Origin: Anaerolineales bacterium
Lineage (GTDB): Bacteria > Chloroflexota > Anaerolineae > Anaerolineales > UBA4823
Assembly: GCA_020061105.1 (NCBI GenBank)
Contig: JAGUYW010000030.1
Span: forward strand, 20,549 to 84,548
Direction of reading: 5' to 3'
DNA: 64,000 bases
Shown: positions 29,779 to 39,917 of the stretch, piece after piece
How positions within the stretch are numbered: position 1 is the first letter of the stretch
How the letters are laid out: each line of letters begins with the position of its first letter
Program-made: the position numbers and the translations under genes
The notes under the pieces: model-generated
Seen by the model: the letters and a program-made list of their open reading frames with translations, nothing else
Told to the model about the DNA's origin: nothing
The model's database searches: none

Positions 29779-30579
29779 TTAGCGCAGCCGGCCGGCCACC
29801 GGCGGTCTTTGTTGTAATAGCGCCAACATTTGGGAATGCACTGCCTGGTTGGCAGCCAGGATCGAACAGGGCAAGGCCAGGTAGTTCGCAGCGCCGGTTA
29901 TTTTGGTGACCACCGCGCCGGCTTCGCTGGCGATCAGGCCTGCGGCGGCGACATCCCATGGCTGCACCCCGGTCTCCCAATAGCCATCGAAGCGCCCGGC
30001 TGCCACGTAACACAAATCGAGCGCCGCCGACCCTAACCGCCGCACCCCCAGGGAACGCAGCGCAAAGCGGGCGTAATGCCCCAGGTTGTTTTCTGGGTTG
30101 CTGCGCACGTCGTAAGGAAAACCGGTCGCCAGCAGACTTTGGTCTAACAAGTCGGCTGACCCAACATGCAAGCGCGCCCCATTGACGTAAGCGCCCTCCC
30201 CGCGTTCGGCGCTGAACAACTCGTCGTGCACAGGATCGTAAACCACCCCCAGCTGTACAATCTTTTCTTCCTCATAGGCAATCGAAACGCAATAAAACGG
30301 GATGCCATGCGCGTAATTGACCGTGCCATCCAATGGATCGATATACCAGCGGCAGCACGACCTTCCTGACAGGTTGCCGGTCTCCTCCGTAACGATTTCA
30401 TCTTCGGGGTAGCGGGCGCGGATTCCATCAATCAGAAAACGTTCTGAACGGTGATCCACTTCCGTCACCAGGTCGATCACGCCTTTATGTTGTACATGCA
30501 AAGCCTGGCCTCGCCCGGCGCGCAAAATTTCTCCGGCCTGGCGCGCCAGCATTTCAAGATCGTTGATTGTCGGTGGCAT
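29779..30579 (-). CDS. Inositol monophosphatase family protein (SuhB-like)
   Basis: Motifs WYIDPLDGTVNY and WDVAAAGLI. Confidence 0.85.
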   Translation of the reverse strand: MPPTINDLEMLARQAGEILRAGRGQALHVQHKGVIDLVTEVDHRSERFLIDGIRARYPEDEIVTEETGNLSGRSCCRWYIDPLDGTVNYAHGIPFYCVSIAYEEEKIVQLGVVYDPVHDELFSAERGEGAYVNGARLHVGSADLLDQSLLATGFPYDVRSNPENNLGHYARFALRSLGVRRLGSAALDLCYVAAGRFDGYWETGVQPWDVAAAGLIASEAGAVVTKITGAANYLALPCSILAANQAVHSQMLALLQQRPPVAGRLR

Positions 30580-30588
30580 ATTTTTGGG

Positions 30589-31212
30589 TTACTCTGTGTA
30601 TTGTTTGATCAGCTGATAAAGGTCATCCAACTCACGTTGGATTTCCTCGCGATGGGCGCGTGACTCTTCTAACAATGTTATAAAAGCCGCTTTCTGGTCC
30701 TCCGGCAAGGATTCGAGCAAACGCTCTGTGCGTTGAATCTGGTTGATTTTATGACGCAGTTTGCTCTCCAACCGCTCGCGATAGCCCTTGTAAAAAGCCT
30801 GTTCTTCCAAAGGCTTGGGAACCGTTGCTGGGCCGGCGGTCAGCACCTCTGCCACGGTGAGCAGCAGCTCCTCCGTGTCGACCGGCTTTTCAAGAAAGCG
30901 GACAGCCCCCAGCTTTAAAGCAAACTGTTTATCTTCCGGCGTCACATAGGTGGCCGACAGGAAGATAATCGGAATGCGGTTGGTCTTTGGATCGGTGCGC
31001 AGGCGGTGAACCAGGGCAAAGCCATCTAATTTTGGCATGAGAATGTCGGTGATGATCAGCGCCGGATGTTCGATCTGAATCTTTTCCAACGCTTCTTGCC
31101 CATTGCGGGCTGTTACCACCGGGTAGCCCTTGAAGCGCAGCGTGACTTCGAGCAGTTGCAGAATGTGGGCTATGTCTTCGACGACAAGCAGGGGGCCGTA
31201 GGGAATGCTCAT
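30589..31212 (-). CDS. Response regulator receiver protein with C-terminal coiled-coil tail (no DNA-binding domain)
   Basis: REC motifs LLVVEDIAHIL...ITDILMPKLDGF...LEKP, then ~80 aa of helical sequence. Confidence 0.8.
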   Translation of the reverse strand: MSIPYGPLLVVEDIAHILQLLEVTLRFKGYPVVTARNGQEALEKIQIEHPALIITDILMPKLDGFALVHRLRTDPKTNRIPIIFLSATYVTPEDKQFALKLGAVRFLEKPVDTEELLLTVAEVLTAGPATVPKPLEEQAFYKGYRERLESKLRHKINQIQRTERLLESLPEDQKAAFITLLEESRAHREEIQRELDDLYQLIKQYTE

Positions 31213-31274
31213 GAGTGTATTGTATCTCTTTCAATCTGGGTTTCAAATCACAAAACTGTAAGGCCAATTTCTCT

Positions 31275-31928
31275 TCACGCCAGGCCGAGGTTTTCCTGTT
31301 CCAGCCGGACAAAGAATTCGGCCATCGCCAGGCAGCGGCTTTCCGCGATGTGTTGCGCAGAAGGGGTGTACAGGCGCTCCTGGATTTTTCGCAACTTAAA
31401 CAGGAATTCATGATAGGCGCTATGCGCCTCGCCGGGCTGCCGGAGCCCGTACTCAAGAAATTCGCTGGAAATCGGCGCGTAGGCTGGTTGTCCAGCCTGG
31501 GCAGCATATGCCACCGCCCGCGCCGCGCCAATGGTTCCGATGGCATCCAGTTTATCGGCGTCGAATAAGACACGTGCTTCTAGGGTGTTTGGCGGTTCGT
31601 TGCGATCGCGGAAGCGATGCGCTCGGATACAATGTTGCACAGCGGCGATGCGCTCCGGCGCCCAACCCTGGGCAGTCAGAATTTGTCCTGCAAAAGCGGC
31701 CGAAATATGTTGGTGGGCGGCGCGTGCTTCACTCAATTCCAGACCGGCGTCTTCGGGTGGCGTTGCATCGTGCAATAAAGCCGCCGCGCCGACAATTTCC
31801 AGATCTGCGCCTTCTGCAGCGGCAATTTTTTCCGCCATCGCGTAGACTCGCAGCACATGATCGAAACCATGCACCGCGTCATTTTCAGGGTACCATGACC
31901 GCGCCAGGTTAATATCGAGCATATTCAA
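31275..31928 (-). CDS. HD-domain phosphohydrolase
   Basis: Motifs HGFDHVLRV...LLHD...H...DKLD. Confidence 0.7.
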   Translation of the reverse strand: MNMLDINLARSWYPENDAVHGFDHVLRVYAMAEKIAAAEGADLEIVGAAALLHDATPPEDAGLELSEARAAHQHISAAFAGQILTAQGWAPERIAAVQHCIRAHRFRDRNEPPNTLEARVLFDADKLDAIGTIGAARAVAYAAQAGQPAYAPISSEFLEYGLRQPGEAHSAYHEFLFKLRKIQERLYTPSAQHIAESRCLAMAEFFVRLEQENLGLA

Positions 31929-31953
31929 ATCAGCCAGCTTTCAGGAATCCAGG

Positions 31954-33204
31954 TTAGACCGGATAAATGTGACCTTTCTTAATCACTGTTTGCACCAGGT
32001 TGCTGCCAAAGCGATAGCCCAGGTGGCGGTAATCGTCAACCGATAGGATCAGCAGGTCGGCCTGCTTACCGGGTTCCAACGATCCCAGGCGGTCGGCGCG
32101 CTGGATGGCCGCTGCAGCGTTGATGGTCGCCGCGGCAATCGCCTGGGCTGGCGTCAGTCGCATATAGCGGCAAGCCAGGGCCAGGGGAAATTGCATACTT
32201 TCGCACCAGGCCGTTCCAGGATTGCAATCGGTGGCGATAGCCAACAAGCCATCCGCTTCCAGGATGGCCTGGGCAGGCGTATACTCGGCCTCCCCCAGGC
32301 CAAAGGGTGTACAGGGCAGCGCCACAGCCACGGTGTCGCTGCGCCCCAGGGCGGCGATATCCTCCGCCGAAGTCTTTACAAGGTGGTCCGCTGATGCTGC
32401 TTCCAACTCTGCGGCCAGGCTTGCTCCGCCCAGGTTGTCAAATTCATCGGCGTGAATCTTCAAGGGAAAACCCATTTCCCGGGCTGTTGTCAGGATGCGC
32501 CGTGATTGTTCTAAGGTAAATGCGCCGGTTTCGCAGAAAACATCCACGAATGGCATTGCGTGATATGGTGCATTGTGCGGCCACCACTGCTGCAAAACTG
32601 TCAGCATTGTGTTACAGATCAGGTCTGTATATACATCCGGCTGTCCTTCGTATTCGGGCGCAATGGCATGCGCTCCCAAAAAAGTGGGCACAATTTCCAA
32701 CGGGCCTTCTTTATCCAGAGCTAACAAGGCCTGTAACATGCGTAGCTCTGTGGCTGTGCTTAGCCCATAGCCGGTTTTGATTTCTGCTGTAGTTGTGCCG
32801 TAGTTGAACATATTCCACAACCGCACGCGTGTTTGCCGCACGATACTTTCCAGCGAACTTGTGCGTGTCGCCCGCACAGTTGAGAAAATTCCCCCGCCAG
32901 CCGCCATAATCTCCATATAGCTCTTGCCTTGCAAGCGCATTTCGAACTCAGCCGAGCGGTCCCCAGCCCAAATGGCATGGGTATGCGGGTCGACAAACCC
33001 GGGCATCACCACCTTGCCGCCGGCGTCCATTTGTGGTTCGTCTGGGAAGGCGTGGCGCAACGCTTCGCTCTCTCCCACTGCGACGATCTGTTCGTCTTGC
33101 CACACCACAGCCCCATTTGGGATAATTCCCAGGTTGCCCAAGGCGCGACCGCGCTGCGGGCCGCCCGAAAGAGTGAGTAATTGAGAAGCAGAATGGATCA
33201 GCAT
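31954..33204 (-). CDS. hutI: Imidazolonepropionase
   Basis: Start moved to ATG 33204 (MLIHSASQLLTL). Amidohydrolase motifs GFVDPHTH, KIHADE and ATDCNPG. Confidence 0.8.
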   Translation of the reverse strand: MLIHSASQLLTLSGGPQRGRALGNLGIIPNGAVVWQDEQIVAVGESEALRHAFPDEPQMDAGGKVVMPGFVDPHTHAIWAGDRSAEFEMRLQGKSYMEIMAAGGGIFSTVRATRTSSLESIVRQTRVRLWNMFNYGTTTAEIKTGYGLSTATELRMLQALLALDKEGPLEIVPTFLGAHAIAPEYEGQPDVYTDLICNTMLTVLQQWWPHNAPYHAMPFVDVFCETGAFTLEQSRRILTTAREMGFPLKIHADEFDNLGGASLAAELEAASADHLVKTSAEDIAALGRSDTVAVALPCTPFGLGEAEYTPAQAILEADGLLAIATDCNPGTAWCESMQFPLALACRYMRLTPAQAIAAATINAAAAIQRADRLGSLEPGKQADLLILSVDDYRHLGYRFGSNLVQTVIKKGHIYPV

Positions 33205-33356
33205 AGCAAAGGCAGTTATCAACCAGGCTTTTATGGATGAATTTATTTTACCACCGACAGCCTCAACCTTGACCGAATTCCTTAATCCCAATATCCGCCA
33301 ACACTCAGTTGCTATTAAGACAGATCCGGTATAATTTACCGCAGGAGAATGATGCC

Positions 33357-34811
33357 ATGTCACAGGATCATCGTATCGAACGCGATTCACTCGGAGAACT
33401 ACAAGTGCCCGCCCAGGCGCTGTATGGCGTGCAAACCCAGCGCGCTGTCCTGAACTTCCCCATCAGCGGCTTAAAGCCCTGGCAAGCTTTTATCTGGTCT
33501 GTGGCCTGCATCAAACGCGCCGCCGCCGAAGTGCACCTTGAACTCGGCTTGCTTGACGAGCAGCGTGCCCGCGCCATTGCCCAGGCTGCTCAGGAAGTCA
33601 TGGATGGCCAATGGGAGGATCAGTTTGTTGTTGATCCTTTTCAAGCCGGAGCTGGCACCAGCCACCATATGAACGCCAATGAGGTGATAGCCAATCGCGC
33701 CACCCAACTGCTGGGCGGCGCCCTGGGCGAATATCTGGTCAATCCCAACGATCACGTCAACATGGCCCAGTCAACTAATGATGTTATCCCCACTGCCATC
33801 CGCCTGGGCGCTTTATGGCGCCTTTCCGAACTGCAAACAGCCGTTGATAGCCTGGCCCAGGCGCTCAACCAAAAAGCTCGCCAGTTCGACCCCATCCTGA
33901 AGTCTGGTCGCACGCACCTGCAAGACGCCGTGCCCGTGCGTCTGGGGCAAGAATTTGGCGCCTATGCTCGCGCCATCGAGCGTGACCTGGATCGTTTGCA
34001 GCGTTCTGCCCAAGGGTTGCGCCGCCTGGGGATTGGCGGAACAGCAACTGGCAGCGGGTTGAACGCCCATCCTGAATATCACACTCGCATGGTAAGTAAA
34101 CTGGCAGAAATAACCGGTTTTGAACTGTATCCGTCGGACAATCTCTTCGAAAGTATGCAATCGATGGCCGACGCGGCTGATTTCTCTGCCGCCATGCGCA
34201 CCCTTGCCATCACGCTTACCCGCATCGCCAATGACCTGCGCCTGCTGGCTTCTGGACCTGCCACTGGCCTGGATGAGATCCGCCTCCCCGCTGTCCAGCC
34301 TGGCTCCAGCATCATGCCTGGCAAAGTCAATCCTGTTCTGGCTGAAATGCTCAACATGGCCATGTTCCATGTGCAGGGCTGTGACCTGGTTATCTCGCTT
34401 GCTGCGCAGGCCGGGCAGTTGGAGCTGAACGTCATGATGCCCATTATTGCTCACAACCTCTTCGAAAGCATGCAGGTCATGATCGGCGCCGTCAATGCTT
34501 TTACAGAAAAAGCTGTGCGCGGCCTGCAAGCCAACCCGGAAAAGGCGCAAGGCTGGTTGGAGCAAAATGCCATCATTGTCACGGCGCTCAATCCTCTGAT
34601 CGGATACGCGGCTGGCGCCCAACTGGTCAAAGAAGCCCTCAGCAGCCAGCGCACTGTCCGCCAGGTAGCCCTGGAAAAGGCTGCCGCCGGTGAACTGCGT
34701 TCTGCTTCAAACTGGCGTTCCCTTAGCCCAGCCGAAATCGAGCGTGCCCTGGGCGATCTCTACCAATTGACAGAAGGCGGCCTGATCAACAGTTCAGCCG
34801 CCGGTGGGTAA
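33357..34811 (+). CDS. Class II aspartase/fumarase-family lyase (aspartate ammonia-lyase-like)
   Basis: Start moved to ATG 33357 (AGGAGA RBS). Motifs RIERDSLGELQVPAQALYGVQTQRA and signature GSSIMPGKVNPV. Aspartase versus fumarase cannot be settled by eye. Confidence 0.8.
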   Translation: MSQDHRIERDSLGELQVPAQALYGVQTQRAVLNFPISGLKPWQAFIWSVACIKRAAAEVHLELGLLDEQRARAIAQAAQEVMDGQWEDQFVVDPFQAGAGTSHHMNANEVIANRATQLLGGALGEYLVNPNDHVNMAQSTNDVIPTAIRLGALWRLSELQTAVDSLAQALNQKARQFDPILKSGRTHLQDAVPVRLGQEFGAYARAIERDLDRLQRSAQGLRRLGIGGTATGSGLNAHPEYHTRMVSKLAEITGFELYPSDNLFESMQSMADAADFSAAMRTLAITLTRIANDLRLLASGPATGLDEIRLPAVQPGSSIMPGKVNPVLAEMLNMAMFHVQGCDLVISLAAQAGQLELNVMMPIIAHNLFESMQVMIGAVNAFTEKAVRGLQANPEKAQGWLEQNAIIVTALNPLIGYAAGAQLVKEALSSQRTVRQVALEKAAAGELRSASNWRSLSPAEIERALGDLYQLTEGGLINSSAAGG

Positions 34812-34907
34812 AAACCCCTCTGATTGGTGCGGCGCTGCTTTTACAAAGAGTTTATGGCAAATTTACCCTGGCGCGCGTATGATTTCGCATGAAAGGAATT
34901 AAAGGGC

Positions 34908-35672
34908 ATGCAGCCAGCTCATATCCTGGTCATTGAAGATGATGATATTGTCGCTCGCACCATCGAGCGCAGCTTGCGTGGCCAGGAGTTTCGCGTCACG
35001 CTTGCCAACAGCGGCGTCGAAGGCCTAAAAATTGCCCGTCGCCGGCCACCTGATCTGGTGATTCTAGATATTATTATGCCAGGCATGGATGGTTACACCG
35101 TCTGCCGGGAGATGCGCGCCGATCCCCTGCTTGCCCAGACGCCCATCCTATTCCTGACCGCCAAAATCAAAGACGAGGACAAAATAACCGGGTTTACTGC
35201 CGGCGCCGATGATTATCTTTGTAAGCCGTTCAACATTGACGAACTGATCCTGCGCTTGCGCGCAGTCTTGCGCCGCGCCCAAGGTCAGCGGGGACAAGCC
35301 GCGGCCGAGAGTTCATTCTCTCCCACAACTGAGACTATCAACGGACAGGATAACTCATCCCACCTCATCAGCGTTGGTGAATATGTTCTCGATACCCGTT
35401 CCTATGAGCTGCACACCCCCCATCACGGCAAAATCCGCCTGACCCCGGTTCAATACGAGCTGTTGCACCATCTCATGCGCCATCCCGGTGAAATTTTCGC
35501 CCCCAACCATTTGCTCGACGAAGTCTGGGACTACCCTTCGGACACCGGCAGCCCTGACCTGGTCAGGGTCCACATCAAAAACTTGCGCGAACGCATCGAA
35601 AAAGACCCTCGCCAACCACAGTTCATCCGCACCATCCCCGGCTACGGCTATACCGTCAATCAAGATTTGTAA
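34908..35672 (+). CDS. OmpR/PhoB-family response regulator (REC + winged-helix)
   Basis: REC motifs ILVIEDDDIV...LDIIMPGMDGY...KPF. C-terminal LTPVQYELLHHLMRHPGEIF...IRTIPGYGY. No cognate kinase is adjacent. Confidence 0.85.
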   Translation: MQPAHILVIEDDDIVARTIERSLRGQEFRVTLANSGVEGLKIARRRPPDLVILDIIMPGMDGYTVCREMRADPLLAQTPILFLTAKIKDEDKITGFTAGADDYLCKPFNIDELILRLRAVLRRAQGQRGQAAAESSFSPTTETINGQDNSSHLISVGEYVLDTRSYELHTPHHGKIRLTPVQYELLHHLMRHPGEIFAPNHLLDEVWDYPSDTGSPDLVRVHIKNLRERIEKDPRQPQFIRTIPGYGYTVNQDL

Positions 35673-35705
35673 GACGAACTGTTTCTTCCTTACGGTTTTC
35701 TTACC

Positions 35706-35733
35706 AGCTCCTGAGTTTTCCTGGCCAGGAGCT
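35706..35733 (+). terminator. Putative terminator after response regulator gene
   Basis: 8-bp stem AGCTCCTG/CAGGAGCT with a 12-nt loop, followed by a T-rich stretch. Confidence 0.4.
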
Positions 35734-35868
35734 TTACTTTCAATTTACTCCGCTTTCACAGCCAATTTATACCCAGTCCTTACGCAATATGTTAAATTAA
35801 AAAAACCAGACAGGCACATATTGTTGCATGCACTGCGCACCATAAGTCCTGGATATAGCCCAATAGAC

Positions 35869-36543
35869 ATGAAGAAAATCTGTGATTTGCACGTTTTTCT
35901 ACTAAGTTCGTTGGTCGCAGAGTTCCGCGCTTGCCAGGCGCTCTACGCCCAATTGATCAACCTGCGAACGGCTCTGTTGTTCGAAGAAGCTGCGCAGATT
36001 GTTTATTTAGCTGCGACTATTGAGAGCGGGTTAAAACAAGTACGCCAGCTCGGTGCGGCCAGGCAGCGCCTGCTTGCTCAACACCCCATCCCAGTTGATC
36101 AGACCCTAACTACCGTGCAGACCAATTTGTTGGATGGTGTGGAAGTAATGAATGCGCAAATTGACCAGCTCTTGCGCTGCAATAACGATCTGGCGCGCAA
36201 TGCCTTGGAACATTCGAATCGTAGCCAAACACACCTGGCGGAGCTGTTTGATCCCTCGAGCGCCATTGTCCCCTTTCCTGCGCCGGCTGAATCTCATAAA
36301 TCTTTGCCAGCCATGCTTTCTGCTATCTTATCTGCTCGCGATGCGTTATACCTGGGTGACATAGAAGCAGTAACGGCTGCCTTGGGCGACTTGCAAACCA
36401 ACCTGCATGCCCTCGCTCAGACTCTCCATCCCGAGTTACCGGCTGACGCTGAAACCTCCGTTATCGAGAAAATTGCAAATTTATACCGCCGCAGCAACGC
36501 CTATCGGGTTGTCTTACAATCTAATTCATCCCTCCAGGTATGA
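35869..36543 (+). CDS. Hypothetical helical protein (weak FlgN-like pattern)
   Basis: The ORF-track start 35488 overlaps the previous gene in another frame, so the start is moved to ATG 35869 (MKKICDL). Sequence is all-helical and Leu/Ala/Gln-rich. No confident family assignment. Confidence 0.4.
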   Translation: MKKICDLHVFLLSSLVAEFRACQALYAQLINLRTALLFEEAAQIVYLAATIESGLKQVRQLGAARQRLLAQHPIPVDQTLTTVQTNLLDGVEVMNAQIDQLLRCNNDLARNALEHSNRSQTHLAELFDPSSAIVPFPAPAESHKSLPAMLSAILSARDALYLGDIEAVTAALGDLQTNLHALAQTLHPELPADAETSVIEKIANLYRRSNAYRVVLQSNSSLQV

Positions 36544-36567
36544 CGACTGTTTTAAACACAAAAAAAA

Positions 36568-36599
36568 TCTGGCAAGCATAACCTGCCAGAAATTTTTTT
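36568..36599. terminator. Bidirectional rho-independent terminator
   Basis: 7-bp stem TCTGGCA/TGCCAGA with a 9-nt loop, an A7 run upstream and a T7 run downstream. It lies between a plus-strand CDS and the minus-strand tRNA operon. Confidence 0.7.
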
Positions 36600-36604
36600 A
36601 CCAG

Positions 36605-36675
36605 AGGCGACGACGGGATTTGAACCCGTGATCAGGGTTTTGCAGACCCTTGCCTTACCACTTGGCCACGTCGCC
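36605..36675 (-). tRNA. tRNA-Cys (GCA)
   Basis: Hand-folded. Acceptor GGCGACG/CGTCGCC, anticodon stem AGGGT/ACCCT, loop CT-GCA-AA, T loop TTCAAAT, discriminator U73. Confidence 0.9.
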
Positions 36676-36693
36676 GCGTCGATTAAAGAAAAG

Positions 36694-36766
36694 AGCGGGC
36701 AACGGGACTCGAACCCGTGACCTTCTCCTTGGCAAGGAGGTGTTCTACCAACTGAACTATGCCCGC
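36694..36766 (-). tRNA. tRNA-Gly (GCC)
   Basis: Hand-folded. Acceptor GCGGGCA/TGCCCGC, D arm GTTC-AGTTGGTA-GAAC, loop TT-GCC-AA, T arm ACGGG-TTCGAGT-CCCGT, 73 nt. Confidence 0.9.
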
Positions 36767-36792
36767 AGACTCGCCTGTGATCAGGCCGAGAG

Positions 36793-36865
36793 TGCCGAGA
36801 GCCAGAATCGAACTGGCGACACCATGATTTTCAGTCATGTGCTCTACCAACTGAGCTATCTCGGC
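36793..36865 (-). tRNA. tRNA-Phe (GAA)
   Basis: Hand-folded. Acceptor GCCGAGA/TCTCGGC, D arm GCTC-AGTTGGTA-GAGC, anticodon stem CATGA/TCATG, loop CT-GAA-AA, discriminator A, 73 nt. Confidence 0.9.
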
Positions 36866-36904
36866 CTAATATTTGTTAAACTGCTCACGCGCCAAAGCCC
36901 CACT

Positions 36905-36933
36905 ATTTTACTCACTTGTGGGGGGCTTGTCAA
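36905..36933 (-). promoter_or_regulatory. Sigma-70-type promoter of the tRNA Phe-Gly-Cys operon
   Basis: On the minus strand, TTGACA-N17-TAAAAT ends ~40 nt upstream of tRNA-Phe. Confidence 0.6.
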
Positions 36934-37271
36934 GCGAATATTTTCACAGCTTTTAGAGAATTTTCTCATCCTGATCTTGCCAATTACCATATTTCGTTTT
37001 AGAATCAAATCTGTCTGTTGGAGAAACCACCCATGTGCACTCATGTTATTGCTTGCTCCTGTATGAGGCGGGGACTGTAGCAACCGCCCGGCCTCCTTTG
37101 CCCTGAACAGGCGTCTCTCCGCTGTACTTCTAAGCCTTCTCTTCTTGGTAAACGCTGCTGGCGGACACCAGCCACCCCGCAAATTTCCCTGCTCGTTTTG
37201 CCAATCTACTCTCAATTTCCTGCTATTGCATTTTCTTAATGTGTTCATTTTACAATTTGGAGAAATATTCA

Positions 37272-38204
37272 ATGAAAATCGCCAACGACGTTACCGAATT
37301 AATTGGCAATACCCCCCTCGTGCGCCTGCGCCGCCTGGCCGACGGAATGCCTGCTCAGGTGGTCGCCAAGCTCGAATTTTTCAACCCCGCTCATAGCGTC
37401 AAGGATCGCATTGGGCTGTCGATGATCGAGGCCGCCGAAAAAGCCGGCCAAATCAAGTCTGATACTATCATTGTTGAGCCCACGAGTGGCAATACCGGCA
37501 TCGCCCTGGCTTTTGTTTGCGCCGCCCGCGGCTATCAATGTGTCCTCACCATGCCCGAGACGATGAGCAAAGAGCGCCGCATGTTGCTGCGCGCTTACGG
37601 CGCCGATCTGATCTTGACTCCCGGCAGCGAAGGTATGAATGGCGCCATCCGCAGAGCAGAAGAACTTGTCGCCTCCGATCCGCGCTACTTTATGCCCATG
37701 CAGTTCAACAACCCTGCCAACCCGGAAGTGCACCGCCGCACCACTGCCCAGGAGATCTGGCGTGATACCGATGGGCAGATCGATATCCTGGTGGCAGGGA
37801 TTGGCACCGGCGGCACCATCACCGGCGCTGGCGAGGCTTTGAAAGACCTTAAACCATCTTTGCAGGTGGTGGCTGTCGAACCAGACGCCTCGCCCGTGCT
37901 CTCCGGTGGTCAGAAAGGTCCTCATCCCATCCAGGGCATCGGGGCTGGTTTTGTGCCTCAGGTGCTCAACACCCAGATCTATGATGAAATCGTGCGCGTC
38001 CCTGGTGAAATGGCCTTTGAATTTGCCCGGCGCATGGCTGCTGAAGAAGGACTGCTGGTAGGCATCTCCTCCGGCGCAGCCGTCTGGGCTGCTTTACAGG
38101 TCGCCCAGCGTTCCGAAAACAGTGGCAAGCTGCTGGTGGTGATCATTCCCTCCTTTGGCGAGCGCTACCTCAGCACGCCCTTATACGCCCACCTGGCAGA
38201 TTGA
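37272..38204 (+). CDS. cysK: Cysteine synthase A (O-acetylserine sulfhydrylase)
   Basis: Start moved to ATG 37272 ([25 protein letters not shown]). PLP lysine SVKDRIG, plus GTGGTITG. Confidence 0.9.
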   Translation: MKIANDVTELIGNTPLVRLRRLADGMPAQVVAKLEFFNPAHSVKDRIGLSMIEAAEKAGQIKSDTIIVEPTSGNTGIALAFVCAARGYQCVLTMPETMSKERRMLLRAYGADLILTPGSEGMNGAIRRAEELVASDPRYFMPMQFNNPANPEVHRRTTAQEIWRDTDGQIDILVAGIGTGGTITGAGEALKDLKPSLQVVAVEPDASPVLSGGQKGPHPIQGIGAGFVPQVLNTQIYDEIVRVPGEMAFEFARRMAAEEGLLVGISSGAAVWAALQVAQRSENSGKLLVVIIPSFGERYLSTPLYAHLAD

Positions 38205-38215
38205 GAGGGTGACCG

Positions 38216-38920
38216 ATGTTCAACACTCTTCGGGAAGATATCCAGTCCGTCTTTCAGCGCGACCCTGCGGCGCGTAGCGCCCTGGAAGTAATTTTTTGTT
38301 ACCCTGGCTTACACGCTGTCTGGGGGCATCGCTTTTCTAGCTGGTTGTGGCGGCGCGACCTGAAGTTGTTGGCGCGCTGGGTCTCTCAACTGATGCGCGG
38401 CCTGACCGGAATCGAAATCCACCCCGGCGCGGCGATTGGCAAGCATTTCTTCATCGATCATGGGATGGGCGTGGTGATTGGCGAAACCGCCGAGGTCGGT
38501 GATTGCGTTACGCTCTATCACGGCGTCACCCTCGGCGGCGTCAGCCTCAATAAAGGCAAGCGCCATCCTACTCTGGGCGACAATGTCGTCGTCGGCGCCG
38601 GGGCAAAAATTCTTGGCGCCATCACTGTTGGTGAAAACAGTCGCATCGGCGCCAATGCTGTGGTTGTCAAACCGGTGCCCTCTAACTCCGTTGTAGTAGG
38701 GGTCCCTGGACAAGTTGTGCAGCGCAGCCAACCGCAACTTGCTGGCAGTTTACCTGATTTGGAGCATGGCCGTCTGCCTGATACGATTGGTGAAACCCTG
38801 CAAGTCTTGATCGAGCATGTCCAGCGCCTCGAAATGCGCTTGAACGGGCATACCGAGCACGAACCTGCTTTGCACGTTCCCGACCATGGGGTATGGGCGG
38901 GGCAGGATTTTTCGATCTGA
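38216..38920 (+). CDS. cysE: Serine O-acetyltransferase
   Basis: N-terminal [19 protein letters not shown], hexapeptide repeats, IHPGAAIG...[14 protein letters not shown]. Confidence 0.85.
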   Translation: MFNTLREDIQSVFQRDPAARSALEVIFCYPGLHAVWGHRFSSWLWRRDLKLLARWVSQLMRGLTGIEIHPGAAIGKHFFIDHGMGVVIGETAEVGDCVTLYHGVTLGGVSLNKGKRHPTLGDNVVVGAGAKILGAITVGENSRIGANAVVVKPVPSNSVVVGVPGQVVQRSQPQLAGSLPDLEHGRLPDTIGETLQVLIEHVQRLEMRLNGHTEHEPALHVPDHGVWAGQDFSI

Positions 38921-38948
38921 TTCGTTACGACTGCTCGCACAGCGCCGG

Positions 38949-39803
38949 TCAGCCAAGTTCTAAAATATCAAACTCGATCCAGGCAGGGGTAGGGTTTGGC
39001 AAGGTACCCAGGCGCACCCTGCCGTCGGGCGGGATAGCCATAAACTGATTATCGATCCAGATTACCAGACCCAACCGGCCGCATGGCGCAACCGGCGTCT
39101 GTAGGATGATTTTCCCATCGACCTGCAGTATCGCTTCTCCAGAGCGCCATTCCAGGCGGTATTCGCGCCACTCGCTCGGCTCGCCAGAAATGGCTGCGCT
39201 CTCCTGTTGCACAACCCGGCGTCCCAGCCGCCGCAGCCAGCGCGCCATGGGAGGGAAGAACAATAACGGCAGCGCCGGCGCCCCCAGCGCCAGGAGCGCT
39301 GCTGGGAGGCGCGGCGAGCAAAAGGTGGCTGCCAGCCCGCCGTGCGCCGCCTGGTCATCGCGCAAAGACAGGTAGTTGGCGGACGATGCAAAGAAAAACC
39401 AGGCCGCGTTGGGCAAAGCCGGCAGGCGCAAGAGTTCTACGCCGCCAATCAGTCCCAGGCCAAAAGGGTCGTTCCATAAGCCAAACCCCCACGTGCCAGG
39501 CAGGTCGGCGGCGCTGGCTCGCCCACGCAAAGTCAACAACATGGGCGCTTGCCAGCGGAACGCCCGCCGCTCCAGCCCGCTGTAATCATCGATCTGCGCC
39601 AAGCGGTAACGTCCGGCTGGGCCGGTAGGAATTTCTAAGCGCCAGGAGGCTGGCCCGGTTTTTAGAACCTGGCTGCCTTCCGTCAGGCGCGGGCGCAGCC
39701 CAACCAGGCTGCTTGCCATGTTCTCGGGCGCCTCGCCTCCTGATTCGTCGAAGTTCGCTTTGCTCTTGTCCATCAATTGCCAGCCAGTCGCTTCAGGTCT
39801 CAA
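38949..39803 (-). CDS. Hypothetical protein (probable beta-sandwich), function unknown
   Basis: The ORF has coding-like composition but no recognised motif. The start is uncertain (ATG 39803 or 39773). Confidence 0.45.
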   Translation of the reverse strand: MRPEATGWQLMDKSKANFDESGGEAPENMASSLVGLRPRLTEGSQVLKTGPASWRLEIPTGPAGRYRLAQIDDYSGLERRAFRWQAPMLLTLRGRASAADLPGTWGFGLWNDPFGLGLIGGVELLRLPALPNAAWFFFASSANYLSLRDDQAAHGGLAATFCSPRLPAALLALGAPALPLLFFPPMARWLRRLGRRVVQQESAAISGEPSEWREYRLEWRSGEAILQVDGKIILQTPVAPCGRLGLVIWIDNQFMAIPPDGRVRLGTLPNPTPAWIEFDILELG

Positions 39804-39917
39804 TACTCAAAATAAGTATACTCTGCATTCATTTTTGCGCCAACCTTACAGGATGATGTATAATCACACTCAACCATCATGAAATTACGGCTGGTCTCCA
39901 GCCGTCCGAGGAGTTTT

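Noticed and set aside
30929-31573. 214-aa same-strand ORF bridging the response regulator and HD-domain genes.
   Set aside because: It is out of frame with two well-supported genes, its product is Arg/Ser/Pro-rich, and it has no motif.
35488-35868. N-terminal 127 codons of ORF 35488..36543. Similar over-extended ORF-track starts occur at 9781, 10997, 17415, 21627, 23624, 25889, 33309, 33390, 37239, 39879, 40375, 45060, 47176, 48527, 52961 and 60673.
   Set aside because: The extensions overlap the preceding gene in another frame or lack an RBS. Internal starts with Shine-Dalgarno sequences, and N-termini matching the family, fit better.
36784-36801. 9-nt near-duplication of the tRNA-Phe 3' acceptor sequence (GGCCGAGAG/TGCCGAGAG) as a possible integration (att) scar.
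   Set aside because: The repeat is too short. It lies in the 26-nt Phe-Gly spacer of an intact tRNA operon, and no integrase or foreign DNA is adjacent.
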